Assembly: GCA_964016885.1 (NCBI GenBank)
Contig: OZ024753.1
Coordinates: 9,548,001 to 9,612,000, forward strand
From: Eledone cirrhosa
Lineage: Eukaryota
Length of the DNA: 64,000 nucleotides
Direction of reading: 5' to 3'
Shown here piece by piece: positions 1 to 13,130 of the stretch (within the stretch, counting starts at the first letter, position 1; every line of letters starts with the position of its first letter). A model generated the notes under the pieces. That model saw only the letters and a list, made by a program, of their open reading frames with translations, was not told the DNA's origin and did not search any database. A program made the translations under genes and the position numbers.

Positions 1-600
1 AATAATGGATAGAGGCATGATATAATAGGAAAGGTGATTCACTGGCATCTATGCAAACTAAATAATTTACCACATTCTGAGAAGTGGTATGAGCAAAAGC
101 CAGAGTTGGTGATAGAAAACGATCAAGTGAAGGTGCTATGGGATTTCAGGATACAGACAGACAAGAAATTAGAACACAATAGGCCTGATCTGGTGGTTTT
201 GGACAAGGAAAAAAGATTGTGCCTGATTGTAGATGTAGCCTGCCTCTTTGACACAAGAGTGCAAGAAAAGGAGGAGAAAATTAGCCGATACCAGGACTTA
301 AAGCGGGAGTTAAAAATGATTTGGGACTGCCATGAGATCAAAGTCGTCCCGATTGTCATAGGAGCACTAGGTACTATCTCAAAGAGTTTTCAAGGATGGT
401 TAAAGAACATTAGTCCAGTCCCCTTTTTTGGAATACTTCGAAAGGCATGCTTGCTGGGAACAGCAAGAACCCAGCAATATGTTCTGAATATCTGAGGCTG
501 GAGGTAGCAGCTTGATGTTTATTTGAACAAACTTTCCAGTTAAATAACATCAATTACTGAGACTCCAAGACTAATAATAATAACAATAATAATAACAATA
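1..600 (+). mobile_element. 3' end of R4/Dong-like non-LTR retrotransposon (restriction-like endonuclease domain), copy 1
   Basis: ORF 34-495 has RPDLVV..IVDVAC..EKISRYQDL..VVPIVIGALG (PD-D/ExK RLE motif), a short 3'UTR and a (TAA)n tail at ~572-600. Confidence 0.85.
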
Positions 601-639
601 ATATCAAGTGTGTCAGGAATAAATGCAATCGGCAGATAC

Positions 640-1045
640 AAACAAATGAAGGAATTATAAAGGTGAATTAATTCTCTATTAGAGGATTATTCCAAAGAGA
701 TTAATTTTCACTCCTTTTCTGCCTTTAACAAACTTGTTAAACCAGGCTGCATATGGAAACAAGTATTATGAGAGGATAATCAGCCATCTTTTGTAAATGG
801 ATGATATGAAGTTGTACACTGCAGTTGATAAACTAGAAACACTGCTACAAACAATACATGGATTTACTAGAAGATTTCATAAGGAATTCAGCTTAGGATA
901 ATCTGTCAAAGCAACAATGAAGACAAGAAAACTAATTAAAGATACTGAAGTAATATTAAACATAAGAGAATCAGACTAAATGGAAACATACAAATTAGTA
1001 AACTCGATGGAGTGCAATACACACAAAGGAAAAAATTGAAGAAAT
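640..1045 (+). pseudogene. Highly decayed non-LTR reverse transcriptase fragment (R4/Dong-like)
   Basis: 779-817 reads ISHLL*MDDMKLY, the YxDD motif with Tyr changed to a stop. RGLFQ lies upstream and LETLLQTIHGF downstream; the fragment is frameshifted. Confidence 0.6.
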
Positions 1046-1572
1046 TCGGGTGTCACAATTAAATGTACCCAGTATGTATGTATGGACCCATAACTCCCGA
1101 GGGAGTCGTAGGGGTACCATATTGATATATGATATTTCGAGCGCAATTTTTAAACCTGACAGAGCTCATTTACTTTCCAGGTCTGAATACATCAGATTTC
1201 TTCCAGAGAAGGATAGAGAGTGAGAAAATAGGAATGAGGGAGAAATATAGAGGCAGAAATGACCACAGTACTAGACTAGTACTTTTTAATCGACCTCGAA
1301 TGGATGGAAGGCAAAGTTGACCTCTTCCTAACATCAGCCAATTTACAGGCAGTACAGGGTACACCCTGTAAATTGTCTGATGTTAGGAAGAACATCCAGT
1401 CATAGAATCCATGCTGGAAATAGAATGGACAAGCAAGGTATATGACCCACTGATTCATCAAGTAAGGAATAACTCTGAATAAAAAGTGACTGGGATCACG
1501 ACATCTCATCCAACCCATGCCAACATGGAAAGTGGAGGTAAAAGGATGATGAGAGACTGCTGTCCTCATTTA

Positions 1573-1765
1573 TGAGGGTTGGCTGAAAAGGTCATAGGCT
1601 GAACTAAATGAAATAACTAAATGAGGTTTATTTTTCAACATAGTCCCTGGAAAGAAACAATGCAGTTATTAATAAGAAGAGTTGTTGCAATTAATGCATG
1701 CAAGATTTCACAGCCCTAACATCACTCCTTCATAGTTAGCATATGGATTTTTCAGCTGACCCTTG
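1573..1765. mobile_element. Mariner-like MITE
   Basis: Imperfect TIRs TA|tgagggttggctgaaaag ... ttttcagctgacccttg|TA with TA flanks. Related ends occur at ~38670-38730 and ~59915-60015. Confidence 0.55.
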
Positions 1766-2429
1766 TATTTAATATCATAAATCTAAGATTAGTCCCCAAT
1801 ACCCACCCACCTCCCCACCCCCCAATACAAAAAATTAAAAAATAAAATAAAATATACATGAAAATTAGTCAATATTAAATTTTCCATTGTGCCATTTTGA
1901 TAGCGAAAATATAAATATAATCAAAGAACATTCATATTCAACATAATTTATTTATTCTAATGGCAGTAAAATCCGAATTAACAATCCTAAAATTAGTCCC
2001 CATTTACATGGCTTGTAATAACATCATTTATTTGGTGTTTCTAATTAAATTATGGTAAAATGGCTTTAACATATCTTTAAGCTGTTTGTGACCATATTTC
2101 TAATAATATACATTATGTTTCATTTAATTAATGAAGAATTTGGACGAATTTACTAAAATTGTCAATTATTTCATTATTTAGATGGCATTTGCAGCAGTAA
2201 TATGACTTAACAAAAGGTTCTTATATCAAATTACTTTGGGCAATTTTAATTTAGAAAGGAACCTGGTTTTGTTCCATAGAACTAGAGGCACTTTTGAAAG
2301 GATTCGTACCAAAAGGGTTAAAGTAACTTCAATATAGAATATTTCTTGTAAAAGTTCATTATTATCCTTCAGATATTAATAGCATCCATTTATTTCCTAA
2401 ATTAGATTCATTAAAATGAGATTAGAAAA

Positions 2430-3470
2430 TTTTTCTCAGGAAGAAACAATCAACTAAATTGACCTTAGTTATAATTTTACTGGTGTTTGCGCTATCAAAA
2501 TCTGGTGGGATTTTAACTCAGAATGTAATGGATTGAAGCTAAATACCACAAGGCATTTTGTCCAACATGCCACCAATTCTGCTAATACACTGTCCTTACT
2601 AATGGTTTCAACTTTTTGGCACAAGACCAAAAATTGGAATGGAAAGCAGATAGTTGATTAAATCAACCCCAGTACATTACTGATACTTTATTTTATCAAC
2701 CCTGTAAGGATGAAAAGCAAAGCTAATCTCGGAAGGGTTTGAACTCTGAAGGTTAAAGGGCCATAACTCTATGTCACAAAGCATGTTGTCCGACACTCTA
2801 CCAATTCTGCCAATCATAATAATAATTGTTTCTTATATAGGCACAAGGCAAACAATTTTGGGGGAGGAGAAAGTCGATTAAATTGACCCCAGTGCGTGAC
2901 TGGTACTTTATTTTATCGACCCTGTAAGGACGAAAGGTAAAGTTAATCTCAGTGGGATTTGAACCCTGAACGTAAAGGGCCACAACTCTATGCCGCAAAG
3001 CATCTCCAATACCCTGCCGATACTACCAATCTACCGCCCTTAATAATAATTATTTCTACTTTTGGCACAAGGCCAGCAATTACCCCAGTGCATTACTGGT
3101 AGGCACAAGGCCAACAATTTTGGAAGAGGCGAAAGTCAATTAAAATCGACCCCAGTGCATTACTGGTACTTTATTTTATTGATCCTGTAAGGATAAAAGG
3201 CAAAGCTAACCTTGGAGGGATTTGAACTCAGAATGTAAAGGTACGTAACTTGGTTTCTGATTTAAACCCAAGGCCAGCAATTTGTGGGAGGGGAAATTCA
3301 ATTAAATCGAATCCAGTTCATTACTGGTACTTTATTTTTTAGCAACCTTGTAAGGATGACTGCAAATCTTACCACAGCAGGAATTGAGCTCAGAACATAA
3401 AGGGCCATAACTATATGCCGCAAAGAATATTGTTTAACACTCAACAAATACTTCCAATCTGTCACCCTTT
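2430..3470 (-). mobile_element. Cluster of ~5 copies of tRNA-derived SINE family B, partly separated by (TAA)n
   Basis: Repeated module (sense) gagttcaaatcc (B box)...gcctttcatccttacggggtcgataaaataaagtaccag...gtagaaacaattattatt. Confidence 0.75.
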
Positions 3471-3637
3471 ATTATTATTATTTTTAATATTAATAACAAT
3501 AGCTGCTGCTGCTATTACTACTACTACTACTACCACCACCACCATGTATATATGTCCATGTTAACATCACTTAACCCTTTACCATTAACATTACTATATT
3601 TACTATTATATTTTCACAGTAAACACTTTATCTCACA

Positions 3638-3957
3638 CGAGTTTTAGGGATTCAAACACACACGCAGACAGACATGCTCAGGGAAGGGACGTAATGCAGA
3701 CAGCCAGACATACAGACAGATATTATAAGGGCGCGACGTTATATCTATGTATCTATCCAAAAAGAGAAAGACTAAAAATTATAGAGAGAGAGATCGCTAA
3801 CTCGCCTAATGTGGTCCATAGGGCATTGAAAATTTGAAATTTTTTTAGCTCAGAACACTCCCTGAAACATAAGTATTACATGTGTAAAGTTTGAAAACAG
3901 TCGGTTGGGTGGTTCTCTAGTTTTAGAGACAGACATCCTCAGTTTTATATATATAGA
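3638..3957 (-). mobile_element. Non-autonomous Helitron-like element inserted in a piggyBac-type MITE
   Basis: Minus strand begins TCTATATATATAAAA and ends CTCG. Removing it restores the host MITE sequence tctcaca|taatatcgaatct (intact at ~45003), i.e. insertion between A and T with no TSD. No clear 3' hairpin. Confidence 0.55.
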
Positions 3958-5184
3958 TAATATCGAATCTATGAGAAATGGTGATTGCATGTTCTCATTG
4001 AGATATATTAACCCTTTAGCATTTACATTACTCTATATTTACTATTATATTCTCATGGTAAAGACTTTATCTCACATAATATCTTACATAATATTGAATC
4101 TATGAGAAATGGTGATATTATTTATTTTAGAGGGTCGGACGCCATGCTTTCCAGCATAGTTACGTCCCTTTACGGTCTGAGTTCAAATCCTGTTGAGGTT
4201 AACTTTGCTTTTCATCCTTACGGGGATCGATAAAATAAAGTACCAGTAATACACTGGCCTTGTTCCAAAAGTAGAAACAATTATGTTAACTCTAAACTTC
4301 TGTGGAAATATTTTTTTAATTTTGAAATTTGACAAACAAACATCATCAAACTGAAACAAAGTCTTTTAAGTGTTATCTTAAATATGTTCACTTTATGTAT
4401 ACCAGGAAATCATTAAGATACTGCTACTATTTTACTAAATATATATGAAATCAATAAATGTACATGAAATAAGAGTATAATTAAATCAACTATTTCCATT
4501 TTCTTTCCAGAAAATGCTGTAAATTTATGAAACATGACTCTTAAAAGAAATTGAATTTCATTCTTTTGTACAGAAAATATGAACTGATTGACTCAGGAAA
4601 ATAAATAAGATGACATGAGATAATTTATGATAACAAAAAAAAAAAAAAAAAATGTTCTTTGTTATTAACAAGTAAACAAATATAAAGAGAATTTTAAAAA
4701 ACATTTCCAGTGAAATTAGTTAAAATACACGTATTGATGTTGTTATTCACTTGCAAAGTAAATAGACCTTCACCAGAAAGCAGAGAGCATATGTTAATAT
4801 TGGCTGTTATTTAACATATATTTGTTTATTCCAGTCACTGCTGTCAGATTCACCATTATCTTCATCAGATATGAATTTCATTGTATCTCCTCATTTACTG
4901 AGTTTAAAATATTTATCTATAAAATGGCAAATAGCTATTCTGTAGGGACAAGTATTGAAAATACAGCTTTAACTTAATTTAAAATATTTTCTATGAAATA
5001 TGTTCAGATTAAGGATCTGACTCTTAGCTATAAAATCTAAAACAATACGATGCTAGCGTGGAAGATAGATGTTAAACGATGATGATGATGATGATGATGA
5101 TGATGACAAGAGCAATCTTTTATTTCTAGGATAAAATTACGTAAAAATGATATAAAATTTAAAATTTATTCAAGTATATAGAGA

Positions 5185-5400
5185 AGGCGTGTGGCTGAGT
5201 GGTTAGAGAATTGGATTCGCAATCGTAAGGTTGTGAGTTCGATTCCCGGACCGGGCAATGCGTTGTGTCCTTGAGCAAGACACTTTATTTCACGTTGCTC
5301 CTGGAGTTGCGACCGATAGATAGTATTAGCAATTGGAAAGACCAATGGAAACATTGTTTCCTCGGTCCGATTTGATGAAAGTCAATCGACTCCTATCGAG
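5185..5400 (+). mobile_element. tRNA-derived SINE family C (also ~60607-60822 + and ~7570-7770 -)
   Basis: A box tggctgagtgg, B box gagttcgattcc, then ccttgagcaagacacttt (CORE-like) and a distinct 3' region shared with the 60.6 kb copy. Confidence 0.75.
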
Positions 5401-5659
5401 AAAGGAGGTAGCATTGCAAATGACTATAAATACTATAAATGAGAGGAAAAGGAAGGAAAGGGTAAGGATTATTAAACAAGGAAAGAAAGGAGAAAGGGAG
5501 AGGGTGACAGACTCTACACCAATGTGTGCTCCACAGACATGCCAAGGCATTTCTGTGGACAATGGCCAGTGACAGCTGCCCCACCTCTTAGGGCTTCTTC
5601 CTCAGACTGGCTGCTGTCATTCTCATTTAAGCCTTTACCATTTACATTACTCTATATAT

Positions 5660-6312
5660 AGGAATAAGAGGGATCAGATGCTGTTTACTCGAGAGAAGAC
5701 TACATTGGTATGGTCACGTGATGCGCATAAAAGACGACAGCTGTATAAAAAAAGTGCAGGGCGATCAAATTTGATGGAAGCTATGGAGTAGGCAGACCCA
5801 GAAAAACCTGGGACGATTTGATAAATTCGGACCTTACACACTTACACCTCTCCAAGACAATATCACTGGACCGAGATCTTTGGTGCTACGCAATAATACA
5901 GAAGACCCGCCTTGCCTAAGTACAAAGAGAAACCTAGTCAGTAGGCACCTCTTAACCAAAAATACACCCCCATCCCACTAACCCTACCCCCACCCCCATC
6001 TACACCACCCCTTTCTCTGTAAAGTTATGTTGGTACCACAACATCCAGTCCTAAATAAATGAGGTGGTGCAGGTGTCATGACAAAAAAACAGTCCACACT
6101 GTAATGTGGCCGTGTAGGTAACACGGTAAAAACCTCCCAGTTCCACACTGTAAAAATGGTTGGTGTTAGGAAGGGCAGCCAGCTGTAGAAAACCTGCCAG
6201 ACAATCCTAAATGAGCAAGTCAACCAATCTTGCCTCAAGTGGGACAATTTCCGTCTCAACCCATGCTAGCGTAGAAGATAGACGTTAAACGATGATGATG
6301 ATGATGATGATA
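5660..6312 (+). mobile_element. RTE-clade LINE 3' fragment with 3'UTR and (GAT)n tail
   Basis: Encodes RRLHWYGHVMR...GRPRKTW. Closely related to the copy at 41447-42100. Confidence 0.8.
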
Positions 6313-6524
6313 GTATTGTATTTTCACGGTCAACACATTATCTCACATAATTATTTCATATAATATCAAATTTACGAGATTTGTATATTTATTTTGAGAA
6401 CAATACCTTAACATAGGTATGAGCAACCAGTTACAACTGGTTTGAACAAAAAGAGATGAGAAAATTCTGGCCGGATATGGCCAGTTTAAATACTAGAGGG
6501 TTCACTCTTTACCATTTACATTAT

Positions 6525-7160
6525 CAGTGATTCCCAAACTTTCCAAATTTTTTCTCGGTGGTCCCTTACCATTTTTTGGATGCCTCGCAGTCCCCTATCA
6601 TATTATGGCAACATTTCCAAAATTTTTCAAAGACAAACTGTTATGAAATGTATGACGATTCTAATATAATTTAATTTAAGTAGTATCAAAATGCCCCAAA
6701 CTGCTATCATGTCCAATGCTTTCTAAAGAGGTTTTCCTAATTGGATATGGTTTTTTATAGAAACAATTGTTGAATATGTACTTATTCAAATAGATTCCTC
6801 ATCAGTAATACAGAATTGATTTGAAATGACACAGTTGTTAGTAAACTAATGAGATTGCGATTGGCCTTAAAATTTCAAGACATCGAGGTCATGTAACATG
6901 CTACCCACATGTGTACTATACATGCACCTTTGATGAGTTGTAGTGCACCTGAGCACTGTACACCATTTTATTTTTATTATTATAATGCATGAATGAAACC
7001 TTCTATGGTTGGCACATGAACGTCAAATGTTTATTCAAGAAAAATTGCTTCCTGGATTTAAAACTTCAATCACAGTATACCATGAAAAACCTTTGAAGTC
7101 CCTCCCAAAATCGCTTTGCAGTTCCCTAGGAGACCGCAGACCCCAGTTTGGGAACCACTG
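6525..7160. mobile_element. hAT-like MITE nested in a piggyBac-type MITE (~6505-7364)
   Basis: TIRs cagtgattcccaaact / agtttgggaaccactg. Host MITE sequence resumes after 7160 and ends aaatgctaaagggTTAA. No full 8-bp TSD is visible. Confidence 0.65.
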
Positions 7161-8480
7161 CTCTATATATACTATTGTATTTTCATGATAAAGACTTTAC
7201 CTCACATTATTATTTCATATAATATCGAATCTATGAGATTTTGATATTATATATTTTGAGAACAATACCTTAACATAAGTATGAGCAGCTGGTTATGGCC
7301 AGTTTGAACATAAAAAATGAGACAATTCTGGTGAATATGGTCGATTTAAATGCTAAAGGGTTAAAAAATAAAACTATCCAAAGAATTCACATTTCAATTG
7401 TTACTGAAACATTATCAACATTTAACATTATAATTCATCTTTAATTCTCAAGTGTTCTTCCAAATCAATAAATTATAGATCTTCTGTTGTTACACACACA
7501 TCAATTTATTGAATCAATCAATAAGATCTGACATTATTTGCTCACCAAGTAGGCTGGAACTCATCAAATCAAACCAAGGAAGCAATGTTTCCATTGGTCT
7601 TTCCATTGCTGATACTTTCTATTTGTTGCAACTTCAGACAACATGAAATGAAGTGTCTTGTTCAAGGACATAACACATCACCCAATCAGGGAACTGAAGT
7701 TAGTGGTTAGAGTATAAGAATTACAAGCTCACAATTGTGAATTCAAGCCTCTAACCCATAAGCCACGTGCTTACCCACAAATGCAGACACATTTCTATGC
7801 AAATGATGCCAATTTTAACGTCTGCTTAATCCTCACACATTTGCTTTGTAGACTTAATCTATTGCCATGTCTAACAGGAACTGTTAATCTTATATATTAT
7901 CCACTAAGCTATTCTGTCTACATGGAGGCATGTGGCCTAGTGGTAAGGGTGTTGGACTTACGACCATAATGTTGTGGGTTTGATTCCTGGGTTGCGTGTT
8001 GTGTTCTTGAGCAAAATACTTCATTTCACGTTGCTCCAGTATACTCAGCTGAAAATGAGTACCAGCAATTGCTGGGGGCTTAACCCTGCAATGGACTGGC
8101 AGTCGCTTCACGCCATGAAACTGAAACTGGGATAAGTACCGGTCAAATAAGCCTTCTGGCTTAAGACAGACTTTAGACTTTTTAGATTCTGTCTACAAAT
8201 ATACACATACACACACATATACATATACATATATATATATATGGGTATAATTTTCAATCATATTTTATTTGTTTGACCCAAATTACTTGGTCGTTTCTAT
8301 GGCTGCGCGGATAATGGTTTAATCATCGTCTCAGTGTGTTTGGCCTTTTAACTTATGTTGTTGCTCTGGTTCACTAGCTTCTATGGAGCGCTCGCTACAC
8401 ATCTCGGAAGTTGTTTTTCGCTAATTTCCAATAGCCGAAATACAATTCTCGCTAATTTATATTTGTATATATATATACAC

Positions 8481-8511
<31 letters not shown>

Positions 8512-8529
8512 TATATATATATATAGATC

Positions 8530-8623
<94 letters not shown>

Positions 8624-8649
8624 CACACACACACATATATACACACACA

Positions 8650-8960
8650 CATCATCATCATTTTACGTCCACTTTTCCCTGCTTGCAAGTGTGGGACGGG
8701 AACTGATTCTGGCTTGATTTCTACAGCTGGATGCCCTTCCTAACACCAACCTCATTTACAGTGAGTGCTGGGTGCTTTTTTGCCGTGGCACCTCCACGAC
8801 CACTTTGCAGTGGAATGATAGGGACCCCAGTCCCTATCATCTCATTTCTACAGCTGAGTAAACTGGAGCAATGTGAAATAAAGTGTCTTGCTCAAGGAAA
8901 CAACACATCACCCGGTCTGAGAATTGAACCGGGTGATGTGTTGTTTCCTTGAGCAAGACA
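8650..8960 (-). mobile_element. CORE-like SINE family A, truncated, ending in a fold-back
   Basis: Reverse complement of the 9255-9597 copy. 8884-8916 and 8928-8960 are 33-bp inverted arms. Confidence 0.8.
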
Positions 8961-9143
8961 TTTATATTTTATATAAGCAAAAGGGATATCTAATTTGTTG
9001 GTAATTCAACAAATATATATGTTTATAACTGATTCGAAGCACTCGACAGATTTTCTGGAGCATAATATTCAATTGACTATCCAAGAAAAACTTGAACCGT
9101 TAACATCTTCCTGGTTACGTCAATATTTATAAAACAAACTTTG

Positions 9144-9204
9144 TATTTTATCTGATGAGAGCGTACCAAAGTTCTGGTACCCTTGAAATATATATAATAG
9201 AATA
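9144..9204 (+). ncRNA. Type I hammerhead ribozyme, family H1
   Basis: tattttat-CTGATGA-gagcgtacca/tggtaccctt-GAAA-tatatATA-atagaata. 8-bp stem I, stem II with C-C mismatch, palindromic minimal stem III, AUA cleavage triplet. Confidence 0.8.
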
Positions 9205-9254
9205 AATATGGTTTTATAAATATAGTTTCCATTTATTTAATATCATTGTATATA

Positions 9255-9597
9255 GAGGCACATGGCTTAGTGGTTAGAGCATTGACCTTGCAATCGAAAG
9301 GTTGTGAGTTCAATTCTCAGACTGGGTGATGTGTTGTTTCCTTGAGCAAGACACTTTATTTCACATTGCTCCAGTTTACTCAGCTGTAGAAATGAGATGA
9401 TAGGGACTGGGGTTCCTATCATTCCACTGCAAAGTGGTCGTGGAGGTGCCACGGCAAAAAAGCACCCAGCACTCACTGTAAATGAGGTTGGTGTTAGGAA
9501 GGGCATCCAGCTGTAGAAACCAAGCCAGCATCAGTTCCCGTCCTACCCTTGCAAGCAGGGAAAAAGCGGACGTAAAATGAAATGATGATGATGATGA
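9255..9597 (+). mobile_element. Full-length tRNA-derived CORE-like SINE family A (other copies ~11546-11890-, 14346-14568+, 14567-14843-, 24265-24611-, 28626-28940+, 43057-43377+, 55598-56045+, 57039-57387+, 59716-59821+, 60962-61290+)
   Basis: A box tggcttagtgg, B box gagttcaattc, central ccttgagcaagacacttt..ccagtttactcagctgtagaaatgag resembling the CORE domain. The 3' part (aggaagggcatccagctgtagaaa..(GAT)n) is shared with the RTE 3'UTR. Confidence 0.85.
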
Positions 9598-9768
9598 TAG
9601 ATATAGATATATAAATTTTGAGTATATGTTGGTTGTTTACCGACACCTCAGTATGCAGACTGGAGCACTCGATGAACTACGCAGGTTGGTTTGTTTAATC
9701 CAGAGTAATGTAAAATAATTAAGTCAAATAGATAAAATTTGGCTTTGTTTATTACAAATTATAGATAT

Positions 9769-9823
9769 ACTGCTATATATATTTCGGTGACAGCCATCAT
9801 TGGTTGTGACTTCTTCAGGCAGT
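9769..9823 (-). ncRNA. Type I hammerhead ribozyme, H1-related
   Basis: Minus strand: actgc-CTGAAGA-agtcacaacca/tggctgtcacc-GAAA-tatatATA-gcagt. Perfect 5-bp stem I; stem II has mismatches. Confidence 0.7.
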
Positions 9824-10791
9824 CCGAATTGGTGTGGGAAGGACAGGTACACATGTTGTTGAAGTGTGTTTTACTCCGTCAATCCATCAATATGTCCAGA
9901 TCCTGGTAGTCTTATTATTTCTCTTAGGAACTGGAATCATATGAGTTAGAGCAAACGAATTTCGGCATCATAGGACACGCTCGCATCCCATTGGTCAGTT
10001 GTGAGAACATTCCTCAGTCAAAAGTGTATAGAAATTTTTCTGAGGCAAGACAATATGTTGTAGTAGTTTTTGTTTAGGTACAGCTCACCTCCTCCATTAT
10101 GTTGGTAGTGGTGTTAAGGGGTCAGCTGGCAGGTCAGTTTTAGTGTGCTGCTGCTATGTTCAGGAGAATTTGTGTGTAGGTTGGCATCTATCCTGCCACC
10201 ATTTCACGTGGTGGGGGGTGTCAAACAATTAAAAAATAAAAAATGCATGTGTGTTACAACCAATATCAAAATCTGAAAGATTTGAAAAATATTAAATGAA
10301 GTAGAAAACCTGTGTGTCAGAATCGAGAAGTGTAAAGAATTACAATTCTTACACTATCATCGAGTGGTGGGTTTTAAGAGCAAATGAGATAAAAGTGGAG
10401 TGTAAACCACCTAAACCTGAGTGTCAAAATCTGGAAATGCAAAGGACTACAGTTCCTATTTCAGCATAAAGTACATATGTGTTTATGCCAACGCACATCG
10501 TTGCAAACACACACGCACAAACACAGGCTCAGGTGCATTCCATATGTATGTATAATATATATACACACATACATACACACATATATACACACATACATGC
10601 AAGTATCTATGTATGTATAATTTTAAACAATAGTATCTATGCATGGACATATGTATAAGTATGTGTTGCTATAGGAGTCGATCGAGGCAGAAGTAGGGAT
10701 GGTGAGTGTGTAGGGGGTGGTTTACCTTGGGGTCGGTGTGGCGGGGCTACTGTCCCTATAGCTTGAGGGAAGTTCTCATCCCAATGTGTTG

Positions 10792-11545
10792 TTATTGTCC
10801 ATATAGCTTGAGGAACATCCCGGCCCTGAGGTTTATTAGGCTGCTTCCACTGCTGAGTATCTCGAGGTTCTCGCTCAGACATAGTTTGCAGATGCCAGAT
10901 CCCCCTCTATCAGGTGCTACTTTCCTGATTTTGGACCAGGCCAGAGAAAACGGGGTCCTGTCGCGCTTGAGCTTCCAGATCAGTTCGGAAAGAGCCGTAC
11001 TTTTCCTTTTGTCCTCCCTATTAAAGGAATGGCAATGGTTATACCATCGGTCTTTGAAGCTCGTTGATGTGGCTCCTATGTAAAGGTGTTCAGAGTTGGG
11101 GGTTTTTACTCTATATCCGTATATTAAGTTCTTCCTTAGGCATTCATTACTTAGGGGGCATAATGTAGGGGTTCTGCAGTTGCAGGTGGTGGTCGACCCC
11201 CGAGTGCCTAATGTGGGGTTCCTGTTGCGTATTTATAGGGTGGTCTTCACCTGGGCTCGGTAGGGGGGGTCCCTGGGGTCTGTTTGGGTTCACAGGGTGG
11301 GTATCGGGTCCACCCTTCCTTCTCTCCACATGGTTCTGCTGGGTGCTTATATTGCCAGCTTCTGGTTGTGTGTAGTTTCTAAGTCTATCCCTATTGATGC
11401 TAGGTATGTGCTGGGCTACGTTGCGTGTGGTAGAATACGAGAGCTTCACAATGTGTCTGTTGAAGATCGTGTGGTATCTATGGTCCCTCGGGAAGCATTT
11501 ATCTAGTGCTCCAAAGAATGACTGGGCCAGGCTGTTCTTTAGGGC
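10792..11545 (-). mobile_element. 5'-truncated Penelope-like element: linker and GIY-YIG endonuclease, frameshifted
   Basis: Linker LDKCFPRDHRYHTIFNRHIVKLSYS. In another frame (about 11190 to stop at 10792): CNCRTPTLCPLSNECLRKNLIYGYRV..LYIGATSTSFKDRWYNHCHSF..TALSELIWKLK..CKLCLSE, the typical Penelope GIY-YIG motifs. Confidence 0.85.
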
Positions 11546-11989
11546 CGCTGACCATGCCATGCTCATACAGGAACTGATTTGGCTTGATTTCTACAGCTGG
11601 ATGCCCTTCCTAACACCAACCTCATTTACAGTGAGTGCTGGGTGCTGTTTCGTGGCGCCTACACGTCCACTTTACAGTGAGTGCTGGGTGCTTTTTTGCC
11701 GTGGCGCCTACACGTCCACTTTACAGTGGGTGCTGGGTGCTTTTTTGCCGTGGTGCCTACATGTCCACTTTACAGTGTGGGCTGGGTGCATTTTTGCCAT
11801 GGTGCCTACACGTCCACTTTACAGTGTGGGCTGGGTGCTTTTTTGCCGTGGCACCTCCACCACCACCTTGCAGTGGGAGGGTGTGGGGGCATATTGTCTA
11901 TATGCTTCAGCTTGTACCCATGGGAGGTCGGGTACTCTGTATTACTGCGTGACGCCAGAGGTCATGGTCGTGTGTCATCGCCTTTGAGA

Positions 11990-12634
11990 GTATATACATA
12001 TATATACATATATATACATATATATACAATATATATATATATACAATATATATATATATATATATATATACAATATATATATATATACATATATATACAA
12101 TATATATATATATACATATATATACAATATTTATATATATATATACATATATATACATATACACATATATATACAATATATATATATATAAAATATATAT
12201 ACAATATATATATATATATATACAATATATATACAATATATATATATATACAATATATATACAATATACATATATATATATATACAATATATATACAATA
12301 TATATATATATACAATATATATACAATATATATATATATACAATATATATACAATATACATATATATATATATACAATATATATACAATATATATATAAA
12401 TACAATATACATATATATATATATACAATATATATACAATATATATATATATATATAAATACAATATATATATATATATACAATATATATACAATATATA
12501 TATATAAATACAATATATATATATATATACAATATATATACAATATATATATATATATATACAATATATATACAATATATATATATATATATACAATATA
12601 TATATATATATACAATATATATACAATATATACA

Positions 12635-12665
<31 letters not shown>

Positions 12666-12738
12666 TTATATATATATATATACAATTTATATATATATAT
12701 ACATATATATATAATATATATATATAGATATATATACA

Positions 12739-12809
<71 letters not shown>

Positions 12810-12825
12810 CATATATATATATACA

Positions 12826-12857
<32 letters not shown>
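11990..12857. repeat. Compound (TA)n / CAA(TA)n microsatellite
   Basis: Direct reading. It is the source of the YIYI ORFs. Confidence 0.95.
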
Positions 12858-12859
<2 letters not shown>

Positions 12860-12916
12860 AACGAGTAGGACCCCGACGGCTGAGCTCAAGCCGTTTTGAC
12901 GGCTAATTCTGGACTC

Positions 12917-13130
12917 TCACACCGATGTTATGTCTCTCACACCGTTTCTATGTCTCTCACACCGTTGTTATGTCCCTCACACCGTTGTTATGCCTCTCAC
13001 ACCTTTGTTATGTCTCCCACACCATTGTTATGTCTCCCACACCATTGTTATGTCTCCCACACCATTGTTATGTCTCCCACACTGTTGTTATATCTCCCAC
13101 ACTGTTGTTATATCTCTCACACCGTTGCTA
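12917..13130. repeat. ~20-bp minisatellite (cacaccattgttatgtctcc), ~10 copies
   Basis: Direct reading. Confidence 0.9.

Noticed and set aside
4891-4916. Possible terminal DPH5 exon (tag|AT AAA TAT TTT AAA CTC AGT AAA TGA, phase-compatible)
   Set aside because: It is too short, has no recognisable similarity to the conserved DPH5 C-terminus, and could be a chance acceptor.
9255-9330. tRNA genes
   Set aside because: The A/B-box heads continue into SINE bodies and lack a complete cloverleaf and terminator.
9267-9506. Recurrent ORF MPFLTPTSFTVSAGCFF... suggesting a gene family
   Set aside because: It is the antisense reading of SINE family A copies.
9950-10025. Minus-strand CTGAGGA...GAAA
   Set aside because: Stems I and II do not pair convincingly.
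11681-12826. Long ORFs (YIYI, HTHT and MV-rich types; also 25-27 kb, 31-32 kb, 50 kb, 61.6 kb, 63.1 kb)
   Set aside because: They are translations of microsatellites and minisatellites that lack stop codons by composition.
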